64,000 nucleotides of DNA, taken from contig JBMOPW010000014.1 of assembly GCA_049322915.1 (NCBI GenBank), positions 637,527-701,526 of the forward strand, written 5' to 3'. Position 1 is the stretch's first letter. Each line of letters opens with the position of its first letter. The DNA is from Candidatus Zhuqueibacterota bacterium. Lineage in GTDB: Bacteria > Zhuqueibacterota > Zhuqueibacteria > Thermofontimicrobiales > Thermofontimicrobiaceae. A program made the translations under genes and the position numbers. Of this stretch, positions 28,050-38,806 are shown piece after piece. The notes below the pieces were generated by a model, which saw only the letters and a program-made list of their open reading frames with translations, had not been told where the DNA came from and made no database searches.

Positions 28050-29207
28050 GTGAATAAAACGGTAGCAGTCGCCATGAGCGGCGGCGTGGATAGCTCGGTC
28101 GCCGCGGCATTGTTGAAAGACCAGGGCTATCGGGTCATCGGATTGACCATGCATCTGTGGGATTACAGCGGCGTGGGCGGCAATGTATTTCACGAGAGCA
28201 GTTGCTGCTCCGTGGAGACGATGAACGATGCGCGCTCGGTTTGCGTTGCGCTGGGGATTCCGCATTACGTCATTGATGTCCGCGATGAATTTGAACGCGA
28301 TGTGATCTCCAATTTTGGCGACGAATATCTTCGGGGACGCACGCCGAATCCCTGTGTCTTGTGCAATTCAAAAATTAAATGGCAGGCGCTGCTCAGCAAG
28401 GCTGTTGAATTGGAATGCGACTATTTTTCCACCGGCCATTACGCTCGCGTTCAGTACAATGAAGCCACCGGCCGCTATCTCCTCCGGCGCGGCGCGGATG
28501 CTGCCAAAGACCAGGCCTATGCGCTGTGGGGACTCACCCAGGCCCAGTTGCGACGGACGATTTTTCCGTTGGGTGAAATGACCAAAACAGAAGTCCGCCA
28601 ATACGCAGCCGGTTTGAATCTCAAAACCAAAAACAAGCAGGAGAGCCAGGAAATTTGCTTTGTCCCGGACAATAACTACGCGCGATTCCTGACCGAGAAA
28701 TATCCGCAGCAGGTCGCTGCCATCGGCCTGGGTGAGATTGTGGACGTTCATGGGGATGTGAAAGGGTCTCATCGGGGATACCCATTTTACACCATTGGTC
28801 AGCGTAAAGGGCTGGGAATTGCGCTGGGCAGGCCCGTGTACGTGACGCGCATCGAAGCCGGGTCGAATCGCATTGTCATCGGCGATAAAGAACATTTGAA
28901 CAGCGCCGGTCTCATCGCCGGCCGGGCTAACTGGATCGCCATCGAAACGCTCACCCGGCCGATGCACGTGGAAGCGCAGATTCGTTACAATGACCCGGGG
29001 AAAAATGCCACCATCGTGCCGCAGGAAGATGGTCGGGTGAAGGTGAATTTCGATACGTTTCACAGCGCCGTGACGCCGGGTCAGTCCGTGGTATTCTTTC
29101 AGGATGATGTCGTCATTGGAGGTGGAATAATCGAGAGCAGTTTCAATAGTGAAAAGAATAAGAATCCGGAGGAAACTGATGAAAACAACGTGGGAACAAT
29201 TCTTTGA
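28050..29207 (+). CDS. mnmA: tRNA-specific 2-thiouridylase MnmA
   Basis: AMSGGVDSS, TPNPCVLCN, TGHYA, KDQ, ESQEICF, TIGQRKGLG, TPGQ. Confidence 0.96.
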   Translation: MNKTVAVAMSGGVDSSVAAALLKDQGYRVIGLTMHLWDYSGVGGNVFHESSCCSVETMNDARSVCVALGIPHYVIDVRDEFERDVISNFGDEYLRGRTPNPCVLCNSKIKWQALLSKAVELECDYFSTGHYARVQYNEATGRYLLRRGADAAKDQAYALWGLTQAQLRRTIFPLGEMTKTEVRQYAAGLNLKTKNKQESQEICFVPDNNYARFLTEKYPQQVAAIGLGEIVDVHGDVKGSHRGYPFYTIGQRKGLGIALGRPVYVTRIEAGSNRIVIGDKEHLNSAGLIAGRANWIAIETLTRPMHVEAQIRYNDPGKNATIVPQEDGRVKVNFDTFHSAVTPGQSVVFFQDDVVIGGGIIESSFNSEKNKNPEETDENNVGTIL

Positions 29208-29961
29208 CGCACATGCGCCGTTATACGAAGGTAATATTTTCACAAAGAACACCGTGGCTGAGGTGGATTTTCTGCTTGAAGAATTGCGCCTGGCGCCGGG
29301 GAGCGCCATCCTCGATGTGGGTTGCGGCACCGGTCGCCACACAATAGAGTTGGCGAAGCGCGGTTATGCCATGACCGGATTGGATCTATCGTCGGGAATG
29401 CTCGCCCAGGCGGCGGAATCAGCCAGAAAAGCCCGTGTCCATGTGGACTGGGTGCGTTCGAACGCGACTCAATTTGCTCTCCATCGGAAGTTCGATGCTG
29501 CAATCTGTCTCTGCGAAGGTTCTTTTGGACTTCTCAGTCAGAGCGATGATCCGATCGATCAGCCACTATCCATTCTGTGCAATATTTCCTGCAGCCTGAA
29601 ACCGCAGGCTAAAGCGATTATGACGGTTCTCAACGCGGCGTCGTTAATCCGCAAGTACCAGAACAAGGATGTGGCAGAGGGGCGATTTGATCCTTTCACC
29701 CTGGTCGAATCGAATGTCATGCCGCCGCGGGAGGATTTACCCGGGGTGCCGGTCCGCGAGCGGGCGTTTGTCCCGACGGAGTTGCATCTGCTCTATCATC
29801 TGGCTGGCATGTCTGTCCTCGCCATGTGGGGAGGTACCGCCGGCAACTGGGGACGACGGTCGCTGGATCTGGATGAGATTGAGATTATGGTCGTGGCCCG
29901 TCAGAAGTCCGAGCCTTTGGATGTGGGCCGCGTCGGACGGCTGCGAAATTCAGAAGTTTGA
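29179..29961 (+). CDS. Class I SAM-dependent methyltransferase
   Basis: ILDVGCGTGRH, GLDLS; ATG 29179 after GGAGG, overlaps mnmA end. Confidence 0.85.
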   Translation: MKTTWEQFFDAHAPLYEGNIFTKNTVAEVDFLLEELRLAPGSAILDVGCGTGRHTIELAKRGYAMTGLDLSSGMLAQAAESARKARVHVDWVRSNATQFALHRKFDAAICLCEGSFGLLSQSDDPIDQPLSILCNISCSLKPQAKAIMTVLNAASLIRKYQNKDVAEGRFDPFTLVESNVMPPREDLPGVPVRERAFVPTELHLLYHLAGMSVLAMWGGTAGNWGRRSLDLDEIEIMVVARQKSEPLDVGRVGRLRNSEV

Positions 29962-30063
29962 AATCAGACAAAAAGCTGACTCCGGCTAGCATTTCGGTTG
30001 CGGTCAGGAGGTCGCCGGACAAAATCGATTGCAGGGTATGGTTGTAAAAATCAGGAACAGGCT

Positions 30064-30885
30064 ATGGAAACGCGTAAAGTTACAGCACCAATTATCACGG
30101 CGATGAAAGCGCAGGGCGAAAAGATCGCGGCGCTCACGGCGTACGATTATCTCTTCGCTTTATTCCTGGACGATGCCGGTATCGATTTGATTTTGGTCGG
30201 TGATTCCGGAGCCATGGTGTTTTCCGGCTATGAATCCACCATCCCCATCACCATGGATGAAATGCTCTATCATACCCGAGCCGCCAGTCGCGGCGTGAAG
30301 CGCGCGCTGCTTGTGGCGGATATGCCCTTTCTGTCGTACCAGGTGAGTTCCGAGGAAGCGCTGCGCAACGCCGGCCGATTCATCAAAGAAGGAGGCGCCG
30401 AATCTGTGAAAATGGAAGGCGGTCTGCCCATTGCCGAGACGGTGGCGCGGGTGGTCAATGCCGGCATTCCGGTGATGGGCCATCTCGGATTGACGCCCCA
30501 ATCCATCCATAAATTCGGTGGCTACAAGGTACAGGTTCGCACCGATGAGGAAGTCGAAAAGTTGATCGCCGATGCCCTGGCGTTGCAACAAGCCGGTGCG
30601 TTTTCGATTGTGCTGGAAAAAATCCCGGCTTTGGCAGCCAAGCAGGTGACCGAGAAGCTGCGTGTGCCCACTGTGGGCATTGGCGCCGGGCCCTTCTGCG
30701 ATGGACAAATACTCGTCACCCATGATTTGTTGGGCCTGTTTGAAAAATTCCGGCCGAAATTCGTCCGAGCGTACAAGGAATTAGGTCATGAAATACGCGA
30801 GGCATGCGCCATGTATGCCGAAGATGTGAAGCAGGGAAAATTCCCCAATGAAGAAGAAAGCTACTGGATTAAACCGACCGAGTGA
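30064..30885 (+). CDS. panB: 3-methyl-2-oxobutanoate hydroxymethyltransferase
   Basis: LTAYD, LVGDS, DMPF, VKMEGG, GHLGLTPQ, GIGAG..DGQILV. Confidence 0.96.
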   Translation: METRKVTAPIITAMKAQGEKIAALTAYDYLFALFLDDAGIDLILVGDSGAMVFSGYESTIPITMDEMLYHTRAASRGVKRALLVADMPFLSYQVSSEEALRNAGRFIKEGGAESVKMEGGLPIAETVARVVNAGIPVMGHLGLTPQSIHKFGGYKVQVRTDEEVEKLIADALALQQAGAFSIVLEKIPALAAKQVTEKLRVPTVGIGAGPFCDGQILVTHDLLGLFEKFRPKFVRAYKELGHEIREACAMYAEDVKQGKFPNEEESYWIKPTE

Positions 30886-30888
30886 ACC

Positions 30889-31767
30889 ATGAAAATCATT
30901 AATTCAATTTCTGAAATGCAGCGGTTAGCGGACACGTTGCACCAGGACGGGAAGATCATTGGCCTTGTGCCAACCATGGGCTACCTTCACGAAGGCCATT
31001 TGAGTCTGGTCCGCGAAGCGAAGCAGCGCTGCGATGTGGCGGTCATGAGCATTTTTGTCAATCCCACTCAGTTTTCGCCGCACGAAGATCTGGAAGCGTA
31101 TCCGCGGGACATGGATCGGGATGTGGAGCTTGCGAAAACCGTCGGGTGCGATATCGTCTTTCACCCGCAATCCAGCGAGATTTATCCGGAAGGGTATTTG
31201 ACTTACGTTCAGGTGGAGAAAATTACCAGGCTGTTGTGCGGCAAGTCACGTCCCACTCATTTTCGCGGCGTGACCACCATTGTGGCCAAGCTGTTCAATA
31301 TCGTGAAGCCTCATATTGCGGTGTTTGGTCAGAAAGACGCGCAGCAAGCTCTGGTGATTCGGCGAATGGTCGATGATCTGAATTTTGACATCGAAATCGT
31401 GGTGGCGCCCATCGTTCGGGAGCGCGATGGTCTGGCCATGAGCTCCCGCAATACCTATTTGTCGGCTGGCCAGAGAAACCAGGCCGTGGCGCTGAGCCAG
31501 GCGCTTTTCATTGCCAAAGAGGAAATCGAGGAAGGCGAACGCGATTCGGCTGCGCTTAAAAAAATCATTCGAAACCGACTGAGTCAACTGCCGGAAGGTG
31601 AAATCGATTACATCGAGATCGTCGATACCGGAAATCTGAGACCGGTCAAAAAGCTATCCGGTGAAGTGCTGGTTGCGCTGGCCGTGAAAATAGGCAAGAC
31701 GCGATTGATAGACAATTTTATTATCGAGGTAGAAAACACAGGAACGAACCACCGGACAATTCGTTAA
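30889..31767 (+). CDS. panC: Pantoate--beta-alanine ligase
   Basis: VPTMGYLHEGH, SIFVNPTQF, FGQKDAQQ, GLAMSSRN, RLIDN. Confidence 0.96.
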   Translation: MKIINSISEMQRLADTLHQDGKIIGLVPTMGYLHEGHLSLVREAKQRCDVAVMSIFVNPTQFSPHEDLEAYPRDMDRDVELAKTVGCDIVFHPQSSEIYPEGYLTYVQVEKITRLLCGKSRPTHFRGVTTIVAKLFNIVKPHIAVFGQKDAQQALVIRRMVDDLNFDIEIVVAPIVRERDGLAMSSRNTYLSAGQRNQAVALSQALFIAKEEIEEGERDSAALKKIIRNRLSQLPEGEIDYIEIVDTGNLRPVKKLSGEVLVALAVKIGKTRLIDNFIIEVENTGTNHRTIR

Positions 31768-31960
31768 ATCCATTTGAACAATCCTGGCGTCTAAAGAATG
31801 GCGTCGCGGTGATTCAGGAATTGCTCAGCCTGGTTACTTCAGGAGGGAACAGGTTCGTTCCCTGGCGCATTGCGACAGCGGAAAATTTTTTCATCGGTTA
31901 CGAGACGTGAATTCCCTCAAAAAAAATATTGACTTTTATCAAAAATATTTCTTTATTTAG

Positions 31961-32121
31961 CCTGCATTATTTATAATATTTTTAAAGGAGGCTGGCTAAC
32001 CTGAATGGTGCTCTTTTTAGAATAAACGTATAAAAACTGAGTTTCAAAATAGCTTAGCCTTTAGCTAATTGAAAATCTGAATGTTGACTCAAATTATAAG
32101 CAAGTTCATGAATAATTCAGG
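31961..32121. mobile_element. 161-bp MITE copy 2 (inverted relative to copy 1), TTAG target duplication
   Basis: TTAG|CCTGCATTAT...AATAATTCAGG|TTAG; reverse complement nearly identical to 10196-10356. Confidence 0.9.
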
Positions 32122-32156
32122 TTAGAGGAGCAGTTATTGGAAGGAGGTTGGTTGTT

Positions 32157-32669
32157 ATGTACAAAATGCTGATGAGTGTCATCCTTGTTATCTGCCTTAT
32201 ACCGGCGATCGCTCTGGGTCAATTGAAAATTCAGGATAAGGCAACGGACGTGAGCAGCGAATTGAGGAAGACGTTTCCGAATCAATTCTCCCTCTTCGGC
32301 TTCCTTGATCCCTCGAAATTCAGCATGTCGCACAGTGTTTCCATGTCTTATTTTTCCGTTGGCGGCAGCGGCATTGCTCAGAATATGTATTTGAACACCA
32401 TGTCCTATCAGATTGCAGATCCGCTACTGCTTCGGGTGCAATGGGGAGTTCAAAATTACCCGTTCAATAATCTGGCGAAAGATAATCCGCTGTTTCAGAG
32501 TGGATTTTTCCTGTCCGGCGCGGAGTTGAATTACAAGCCGAGCGATAACATGGAATTCAAAATTCAATTCAGCCGCATGCCGGGCTCCATGTACAACAAT
32601 TATCGATATTATCGGGATCCGTTCAGTATTTACAACCGATCGATGTTTCAGGATGATGACGAAAATTGA
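32157..32669 (+). CDS. Secreted hypothetical protein (possible beta-rich outer-membrane protein)
   Basis: AAGGAGG RBS, signal peptide, alternating aromatic beta-strand pattern. Confidence 0.7.
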   Translation: MYKMLMSVILVICLIPAIALGQLKIQDKATDVSSELRKTFPNQFSLFGFLDPSKFSMSHSVSMSYFSVGGSGIAQNMYLNTMSYQIADPLLLRVQWGVQNYPFNNLAKDNPLFQSGFFLSGAELNYKPSDNMEFKIQFSRMPGSMYNNYRYYRDPFSIYNRSMFQDDDEN

Positions 32670-32705
32670 AGCAGCGATTGGGCGATGAAGGATTTTATTG
32701 ATGTC

Positions 32706-32737
32706 AATAACCGAGAGAGTTCTCGGTTATTTTTTTG
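32706..32737 (+). terminator. Rho-independent terminator
   Basis: AATAACCGAGA-GAGT-TCTCGGTTATT followed by T tract. Confidence 0.85.
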
Positions 32738-32794
32738 ATTTGAACGGCAGTCACTCAATATGAAATTTTTCATCTGAAGCAGACTCAACAACCT

Positions 32795-33343
32795 ATGGTT
32801 GACAAAAACAGTGTAAACAAAAAGGGCCTTCGAAAGACGTTAGGCAAAGAAACTGAAGAGAAGAAAAAGAAAGAATCCCAGCAGCAGTGGCAGGGTTTCT
32901 TGCTATCAGTATTCATGTACTTTCTCATCGGCGCAAACTTGATGTTTGTGGCTTCGTTATTAGTACAGAAATTATTAGCGCGCCAGACGCCAACGATTGT
33001 ATCCCCCATTCAGATTGAACGGCCACTGCTTGAAGATCGCGAGAATGTGATCAAAGTTGAAGTGCTCAATGGCTGCGGTGCTGGCGGGGTCGCGACTCAA
33101 TTGACGGATTATCTCAGAAAAAACAACGTCGACGTCGTTTATTTCGGTAATTTTGAAACCTGGAATACCCCTGAAACCTGGGTGATCGATCGAAGAGATC
33201 GGAAGATGAAAAAAGCCAAAACAATTGGCGATCTCATCGGATTGGATGATAGTCGAATTCATTACCAGATAAGTCCTGAACGACAATTGGATGTGACCAT
33301 TGTGATTGGCAAGAATTACTCCCAATTGAAAGCTTTCAAGTAA
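32795..33343 (+). CDS. LytR C-terminal domain membrane protein
   Basis: One TM helix; VEVLNGCGAGGVA...GN...DVTIVIGKNY. Confidence 0.85.
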   Translation: MVDKNSVNKKGLRKTLGKETEEKKKKESQQQWQGFLLSVFMYFLIGANLMFVASLLVQKLLARQTPTIVSPIQIERPLLEDRENVIKVEVLNGCGAGGVATQLTDYLRKNNVDVVYFGNFETWNTPETWVIDRRDRKMKKAKTIGDLIGLDDSRIHYQISPERQLDVTIVIGKNYSQLKAFK

Positions 33344-33385
33344 GAACCGGTTTATTCAGGACAGGCTGGGTTTGCTGGAGATAGG

Positions 33386-34705
33386 ATGAAACGGACACTT
33401 CTGGTTCTTTACAATATTGTCTTTGTACCTCTATTCTTTGTTGCCCTCTTCCTGGCGAGTTGGGTCAATTCAAAAATCAGACGGGGAGTCCGTGGAAGGA
33501 AGAATCTTCTGGGTCGTATCCGGATGGATATGGCCAAGCTGGGCCTGGATAAACCGAAAATTTGGATTCATGTTTCCTCGTATGGTGAATTTCTGCAAGT
33601 CAAACCGGTGCTCTATCAACTCAAAGCGCTGAACCCGAACATCATCACCTTCATCACGTTCTTTTCACCGTCCGGCTACGAGAATGTCCAGGTCGAACAT
33701 CCGGTGGATTGCATCAGCTATCTGCCGCTGGATTCGTATTTTCACGCCAGGAAATTTGTGTCCGTGGTGAATCCGCAGCTTGCCGTGATTGTGCGGCATG
33801 ATATCTGGCCGAATTTCGTCTGGCGTTTGCATCGCAACACGATTCCGCTGGTGCTGATCGATGCGACATTGCCGGATAATTCATCCCGTTTCTGGCCAAT
33901 TCTGAGAGGAATAAACAGGAAGCTATTCGAATTCCTGAGCGCGATTCTGGTGGTGTCGGAAGAGGAAAAATTGAAATTCCAGCGCGTGGTGACCAGTCCG
34001 GAAAAGATCATCGTGGCCGGTGAAACCAAATACGATCAGGTGATCGAGCGGTCGAAAAATTTAAGTCCAATTGAACATCTTCTGAACCATCGCTACCTAT
34101 CAACCCAACGGGTCCTTGTCGTTGGCAGCAGTTGGGAGAGCGACGAGTCCGTGCTGATCCCGGCGTTCGGCGAGCTGTCCGCCGTATTCGAAGACCTTGT
34201 GCTCATTATTGCCCCGCATGAACCGGCGCCTCACCGCGTCGACGAAATTAAAAATCGTCTCCATAGTTTAAAACTCCCGGCTGTGAGCCTTTCCGAATTG
34301 ACCCCTGCGGACGCTTCGTTCAAATGCCTGATCATCGATCGGATTGGCATTCTGGCGAATGTGTATTATCTGGGCGCTCTGGCATTTGTTGGCGGCAGTT
34401 TTCATTCTAAAATTCACAATGTGCTGGAGCCGGCAGTGTATGGCCGGCCGGTCATTTTCGGCCCGAAGATGAAGACCTCGGCCGAGGCGATTCAACTGCT
34501 CAAACACAACGCGGCCATTCAGGTACATTCGAAACAGGAATTCGTCACCGCCGTCACTGACTTGCTGCGGCATCCGGATCGCGCAGCTCAGTTTGGCCAG
34601 GCTGCCAGACAGACCGTGATGAAAAATGTCGGCAATTCGAAAAGTATCGCCGAGTACCTGTTGACGTTCATTCCCGGCAAAACAGCCGCAGCCACCAGCG
34701 CTTGA
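33386..34705 (+). CDS. waaA: 3-deoxy-D-manno-octulosonic acid (Kdo) transferase
   Basis: WIHVSSYGE, FFSPSG, YLPLD, IWPN, GETKYD, APH, FVGGSF..HNVLEPA. Confidence 0.9.
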   Translation: MKRTLLVLYNIVFVPLFFVALFLASWVNSKIRRGVRGRKNLLGRIRMDMAKLGLDKPKIWIHVSSYGEFLQVKPVLYQLKALNPNIITFITFFSPSGYENVQVEHPVDCISYLPLDSYFHARKFVSVVNPQLAVIVRHDIWPNFVWRLHRNTIPLVLIDATLPDNSSRFWPILRGINRKLFEFLSAILVVSEEEKLKFQRVVTSPEKIIVAGETKYDQVIERSKNLSPIEHLLNHRYLSTQRVLVVGSSWESDESVLIPAFGELSAVFEDLVLIIAPHEPAPHRVDEIKNRLHSLKLPAVSLSELTPADASFKCLIIDRIGILANVYYLGALAFVGGSFHSKIHNVLEPAVYGRPVIFGPKMKTSAEAIQLLKHNAAIQVHSKQEFVTAVTDLLRHPDRAAQFGQAARQTVMKNVGNSKSIAEYLLTFIPGKTAAATSA

Positions 34706-35034
34706 TGATTTTTTCCGGCATGCATTTCCGAAATGAGGGGGCTTTCAACGACCGGACAATTGACACGAGTATCGCGCCATGGCCCGATGAAAATTGAGCC
34801 GGGCCACTCATCTTGCCTTTGGGATGAACCCCACTGTGCGACCCTCGTTGACGCCGGCTGAGGATTTACTTTTTTGATGGCGCGACGATAAAGTGTTAGT
34901 GTGCAAAAGCCGATCACGCGAAGACGAGGCGCCCGGGCGGAAAATTACTTGAGGGCTGGGCTGGCTCTGAATGGCTGTAATGGCGCCAATCAGCGCCGGG
35001 CGTGGAACAACATGAATTTAATCAGGGAGCGGGT

Positions 35035-36051
35035 ATGCAGATCAACACAATTCAGTGGGTGGATGGCAAGGTTGTCATCATCGATCAGACGCGGCTGCCG
35101 CTGGAGGAAATTTATCTGGACATTACGGATTTTCGGATTCTGGCGGCGGGGATCAAGTCGTTGAAAGTGCGGGGAGCGCCGGCCATAGGCATTGCCGGGG
35201 CGTTCGGCGTATGTCTGGGGGCCAATGAGATTCAGACCGATGATGTTGCGGAATTCAAAACGCGGGTCAAAGCCATCATCGACGAACTGGCAGCGACAAG
35301 GCCGACCGCGGTGAATCTGTTCTGGGCGTTGGAAAAAATGCGCGCCAAAGTGAATTTTCCTGATGACGCCAGTGTGCCACGCATCAGGCAGCGGTTGCTG
35401 GACCAGGCGTTGCTGATTGAAGACGAGGACCGGCGCACCTGCCGGCGGATGGGCGAACATGGCGCGATGTTATTGAAGGACGGGGATACGGTGCTCACGC
35501 ACTGCAATGCCGGCGCGCTGGCGACCAGCGATTTCGGGACCGCTCTCGGCGTCATTTATAGCGCGCAGGCCGCTGGAAAAACGATAAAAGTCTACGCCGA
35601 TGAAACGCGGCCTCTGCTGCAGGGCGCGCGACTCACCTCCTGGGAACTGATGAAATCCGGCATCGATGTTACCTTGATCTGCGACGACATGGCCGCATCG
35701 GTCATGCAGCGGGGATTGATAGGCGCGGTCATTGTCGGCGCCGATCGCATTGCCCAAAACGGGGATACAGCCAACAAGATCGGAACATTGAATCTGGCCG
35801 TACTGGCGCATTATTTCGGCATTCCGTTTTACGTTGTGGCGCCGACATCCACCATCGACTCTTCGCTCGGTTCCGGGAAGGAAATCCCCATTGAGTTGCG
35901 CAGCCCCGACGAAGTGACGCAGGGTTTTGGCAGACGAACAGCGCCGGAGGGCGTCTCTGTTTTCAATCCGGCCTTTGATGTGACACCGCATGAATTGATC
36001 ACAGCGATTGTCACTGAAAACGGCGTGTCGTACCCGCCGTATAAATTCTAA
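35035..36051 (+). CDS. mtnA: S-methyl-5-thioribose-1-phosphate isomerase
   Basis: DQTRLP, VRGAPAIG, RPTAVNL, THCNAG, ETRPLLQGARLT, NKIGT, NPAFDVTP. Confidence 0.95.
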   Translation: MQINTIQWVDGKVVIIDQTRLPLEEIYLDITDFRILAAGIKSLKVRGAPAIGIAGAFGVCLGANEIQTDDVAEFKTRVKAIIDELAATRPTAVNLFWALEKMRAKVNFPDDASVPRIRQRLLDQALLIEDEDRRTCRRMGEHGAMLLKDGDTVLTHCNAGALATSDFGTALGVIYSAQAAGKTIKVYADETRPLLQGARLTSWELMKSGIDVTLICDDMAASVMQRGLIGAVIVGADRIAQNGDTANKIGTLNLAVLAHYFGIPFYVVAPTSTIDSSLGSGKEIPIELRSPDEVTQGFGRRTAPEGVSVFNPAFDVTPHELITAIVTENGVSYPPYKF

Positions 36052-36386
36052 AATTAATTAGTTACAATTGGCATTGTCTCAAAAAAGCGAAAATAATTCT
36101 TGACTAAAGATTATTTTTGAGTTATATTTTGACACTTTAATTGAACGGATTTTCAGGAGGCTGCTTAGCGTCGGCGCGACGGGAGAGAGCGTTTTCGCAG
36201 AAGAAAAAAAGCGGTCTTGATCATTGAACCTGGTTTAAAAAGCATGAAATGACGTCAGTTCTTTTTAGAGTGGACGCGTTCTTCAAAGCCATCGCTTCAT
36301 CGGCCGCGAACCGACAGCAGGTTTGACGAATTATTATTTTGAATAAATCAATAATGACTGTTTGAAAAACATTAAGGAGAAAGGTA

Positions 36387-37523
36387 ATGAGAAAAAGCAA
36401 TTCACTGATGACACTCGGTTTGGTACTTCTGCTTTTAGGGGTGATGTTATTTGGTTGCCGCTCGAAAGAAGTGGAATCCGCTTTGATCTACATCAATCAA
36501 CAGAATGATTGGGACAAAGCCATGGAACAATTGAATCTTGCGCTTCAGGTGAATCCTGCTGATATCGAGGCGCTGACGTTACGCGGCGAGGGCTATGGAC
36601 GATTGGCTGAATACGAAAAAATGAATGAAGATTTCACAGCAGCAGAGAAATTAATGGCAAACGCCCCAAGCGCCAATGCCAAAATGGCTGAGAAAGTAAC
36701 TTTCTTGAAAGACAAGTACTGGCGTCAGTCGTTCAATAAGGGCGTGGGCAATGTGAAGAGCGAAAAGCTGGAGGATGCCGGAAAGGACTTCCAAAATTGT
36801 ATAATCATCGATGACAAACGACAGGAAGCCTATAAAAATCTGGCGTATGTCCAGGTGCAGTTGAATCAAACGGACGCTGCCATGGCGAGCTACCGGGAAG
36901 TCATTAAAATTGATCCAAAAGATGTGGACGCCATGACGGCTCTGGCCAATCTGAATTTGATGGCCAAAAATTTCCAGGAAGTGATCGATCTGATGGACCA
37001 GGTGTTGGCCGTTGACCCAACCAATGTGGATGCCATTGCGCAGAAAGCCATGGCCTATGACTATCTGGGCGAAACCGACAAAGCTTTTGCAGCTTATGAA
37101 GAAGCATTGGCCAGTCGCCCGGACGATAAAGACTTGATTTTCAACCTGGGCCGGCTCTATTTCATGAAGAATGAGTATACCAAAGCGATCGACCAATTCA
37201 ATAAAGTCATCGCCACCACCCCGGATGATTTTGAGGCGAATCTCAATATCGGAAATGCTTACCTGAGTATGGCGGAGCAGGTTCGCAAATCATTGACCGA
37301 TCTCGATGACAAACAACTGGAGAAGATGCCTGAAGCCGAATTGAAAGCAAAACGCGATCTCACTAAAAAATATTTCACCGATGCCATACCCTATCTGGAA
37401 AAAGCTGTGAGCATTAAATCGGACAATGCGGTTGTCTGGAACAATCTGGGCGTTGCTTACATCAATGCCGGCATGGAAGATAAAGGCGCTGAAGCATTCA
37501 AGAAGGCTGAAGAGCTCAAGTAG
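36387..37523 (+). CDS. TPR-repeat lipoprotein
   Basis: Lipobox LFGC; multiple TPR units (AYKNLA, FNLG, WNNLG); AAGGAG RBS. Confidence 0.85.
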   Translation: MRKSNSLMTLGLVLLLLGVMLFGCRSKEVESALIYINQQNDWDKAMEQLNLALQVNPADIEALTLRGEGYGRLAEYEKMNEDFTAAEKLMANAPSANAKMAEKVTFLKDKYWRQSFNKGVGNVKSEKLEDAGKDFQNCIIIDDKRQEAYKNLAYVQVQLNQTDAAMASYREVIKIDPKDVDAMTALANLNLMAKNFQEVIDLMDQVLAVDPTNVDAIAQKAMAYDYLGETDKAFAAYEEALASRPDDKDLIFNLGRLYFMKNEYTKAIDQFNKVIATTPDDFEANLNIGNAYLSMAEQVRKSLTDLDDKQLEKMPEAELKAKRDLTKKYFTDAIPYLEKAVSIKSDNAVVWNNLGVAYINAGMEDKGAEAFKKAEELK

Positions 37524-37581
37524 TTGCTCGGCACAACTGATGTGAATGCTGCATTATCATTCGATTTCAGAGACAAGTTGG

Positions 37582-37620
37582 AACCCCCGATTCATCCAAA
37601 ATAATCGGGGGTTTTTATTT
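37582..37620 (+). terminator. Rho-independent terminator
   Basis: AACCCCCGATT...AATCGGGGGTT then TTTATTT. Confidence 0.75.
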
Positions 37621-37879
37621 ATTCGAAGATCCGGCCGGAATGAAAGCGCGATTAAGGCATCGAATGTAGCTCGTGCCGCAATGAGCAAACTGCCATTTCT
37701 CCAGAGATTCGTTCATCATTGCAGCCGAATCGGCGGCCGGATGGGGTCGAAAAATGTGCTTGACATTTAGTTGAATTTACATTACATTTCACAATTCTTT
37801 TTTCAAACGAGGTGCATCTCTGTGTGGCGGAGCGCACCTGCAGGGTGATTACAAACGGAGCGTTTTTAAGGATCGAACG

Positions 37880-38653
37880 GTGGAAGCGAACGATTTAAAA
37901 GACAGGATTCTGGAGAACGGAAATATCCCTGAGCATGTTGCAATCATCATGGATGGCAATGGCCGCTGGGCCAAGTCCAGAGGGCTGAGCCGAATCAGAG
38001 GACACGAGGAAGGAATTAAATCGGTGCGGGAGGTCGTGGAAGCGTGCGGTGAGATTGGCGTTAAAATTCTCACCTTGTATACGTTTTCAAAAGAGAACTG
38101 GCGCCGGCCCAAGACAGAGATTGCCGGGCTCTGGCGGCTTTTATTGCGGACAGTGCGCCATGAAGTCCCTGATTTGATGAAGAATAACGTGCGGATGAAC
38201 GTCATTGGCGTTATTGCCGATTTACCATTGGGCGCGCGTGAGGGCATGCTGTACGCGATCAATGAATTGAAAAATAACACCGGCCTGATTCTCAATCTGG
38301 CATTGAGCTATAGCTCGCGTCAGGAAATTACCCAGGCTGTGCAGCGAATCAGCGAAGATGTATCCAATGGTCTGCTCGCGCCTAAAGATATTACCGAGAA
38401 AGTCATTTCCGATCGACTGTACACCGCCGGTATGCCCGATCCGGATCTGCTCATTCGCACGAGCGGAGAACAGCGCATCAGCAATTTTCTCCTGTGGCAA
38501 ATCGCCTACTCGGAACTTTGCATCACCGAAGTGCTCTGGCCTGATTTTCGCAAGAGGGAATTCTTCCAGACCATCGAAGCGTACCAGCATCGGGAGCGTC
38601 GTTACGGCATGGTGAGCGAACAGGTTACAATCGCCGGGAATGGTTCATTTTAA
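37880..38653 (+). CDS. uppS: Undecaprenyl diphosphate synthase (isoprenyl transferase)
   Basis: HVAIIMDGNGRWA, FSKENWRRP, DLLIRTSGEQRISNFLLWQ. Confidence 0.96.
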   Translation: MEANDLKDRILENGNIPEHVAIIMDGNGRWAKSRGLSRIRGHEEGIKSVREVVEACGEIGVKILTLYTFSKENWRRPKTEIAGLWRLLLRTVRHEVPDLMKNNVRMNVIGVIADLPLGAREGMLYAINELKNNTGLILNLALSYSSRQEITQAVQRISEDVSNGLLAPKDITEKVISDRLYTAGMPDPDLLIRTSGEQRISNFLLWQIAYSELCITEVLWPDFRKREFFQTIEAYQHRERRYGMVSEQVTIAGNGSF

Positions 38654-38806
38654 ATAAGTTGGGAGGATCAATCGCGCGTTGCTGTGAAGGAACTTTGCTT
38701 TTCGTGACTACGTTCAACAGATGAATTTTCGACAAGTGACTGCTTTGTCTGGCGATTCTGGTGATAATGAATCGCCTTTTTGTTATAGAAATATTCATAA
38801 ACCTAT

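Noticed and set aside
28368..29342. 324-aa minus-strand ORF
   Set aside because: Antisense to mnmA
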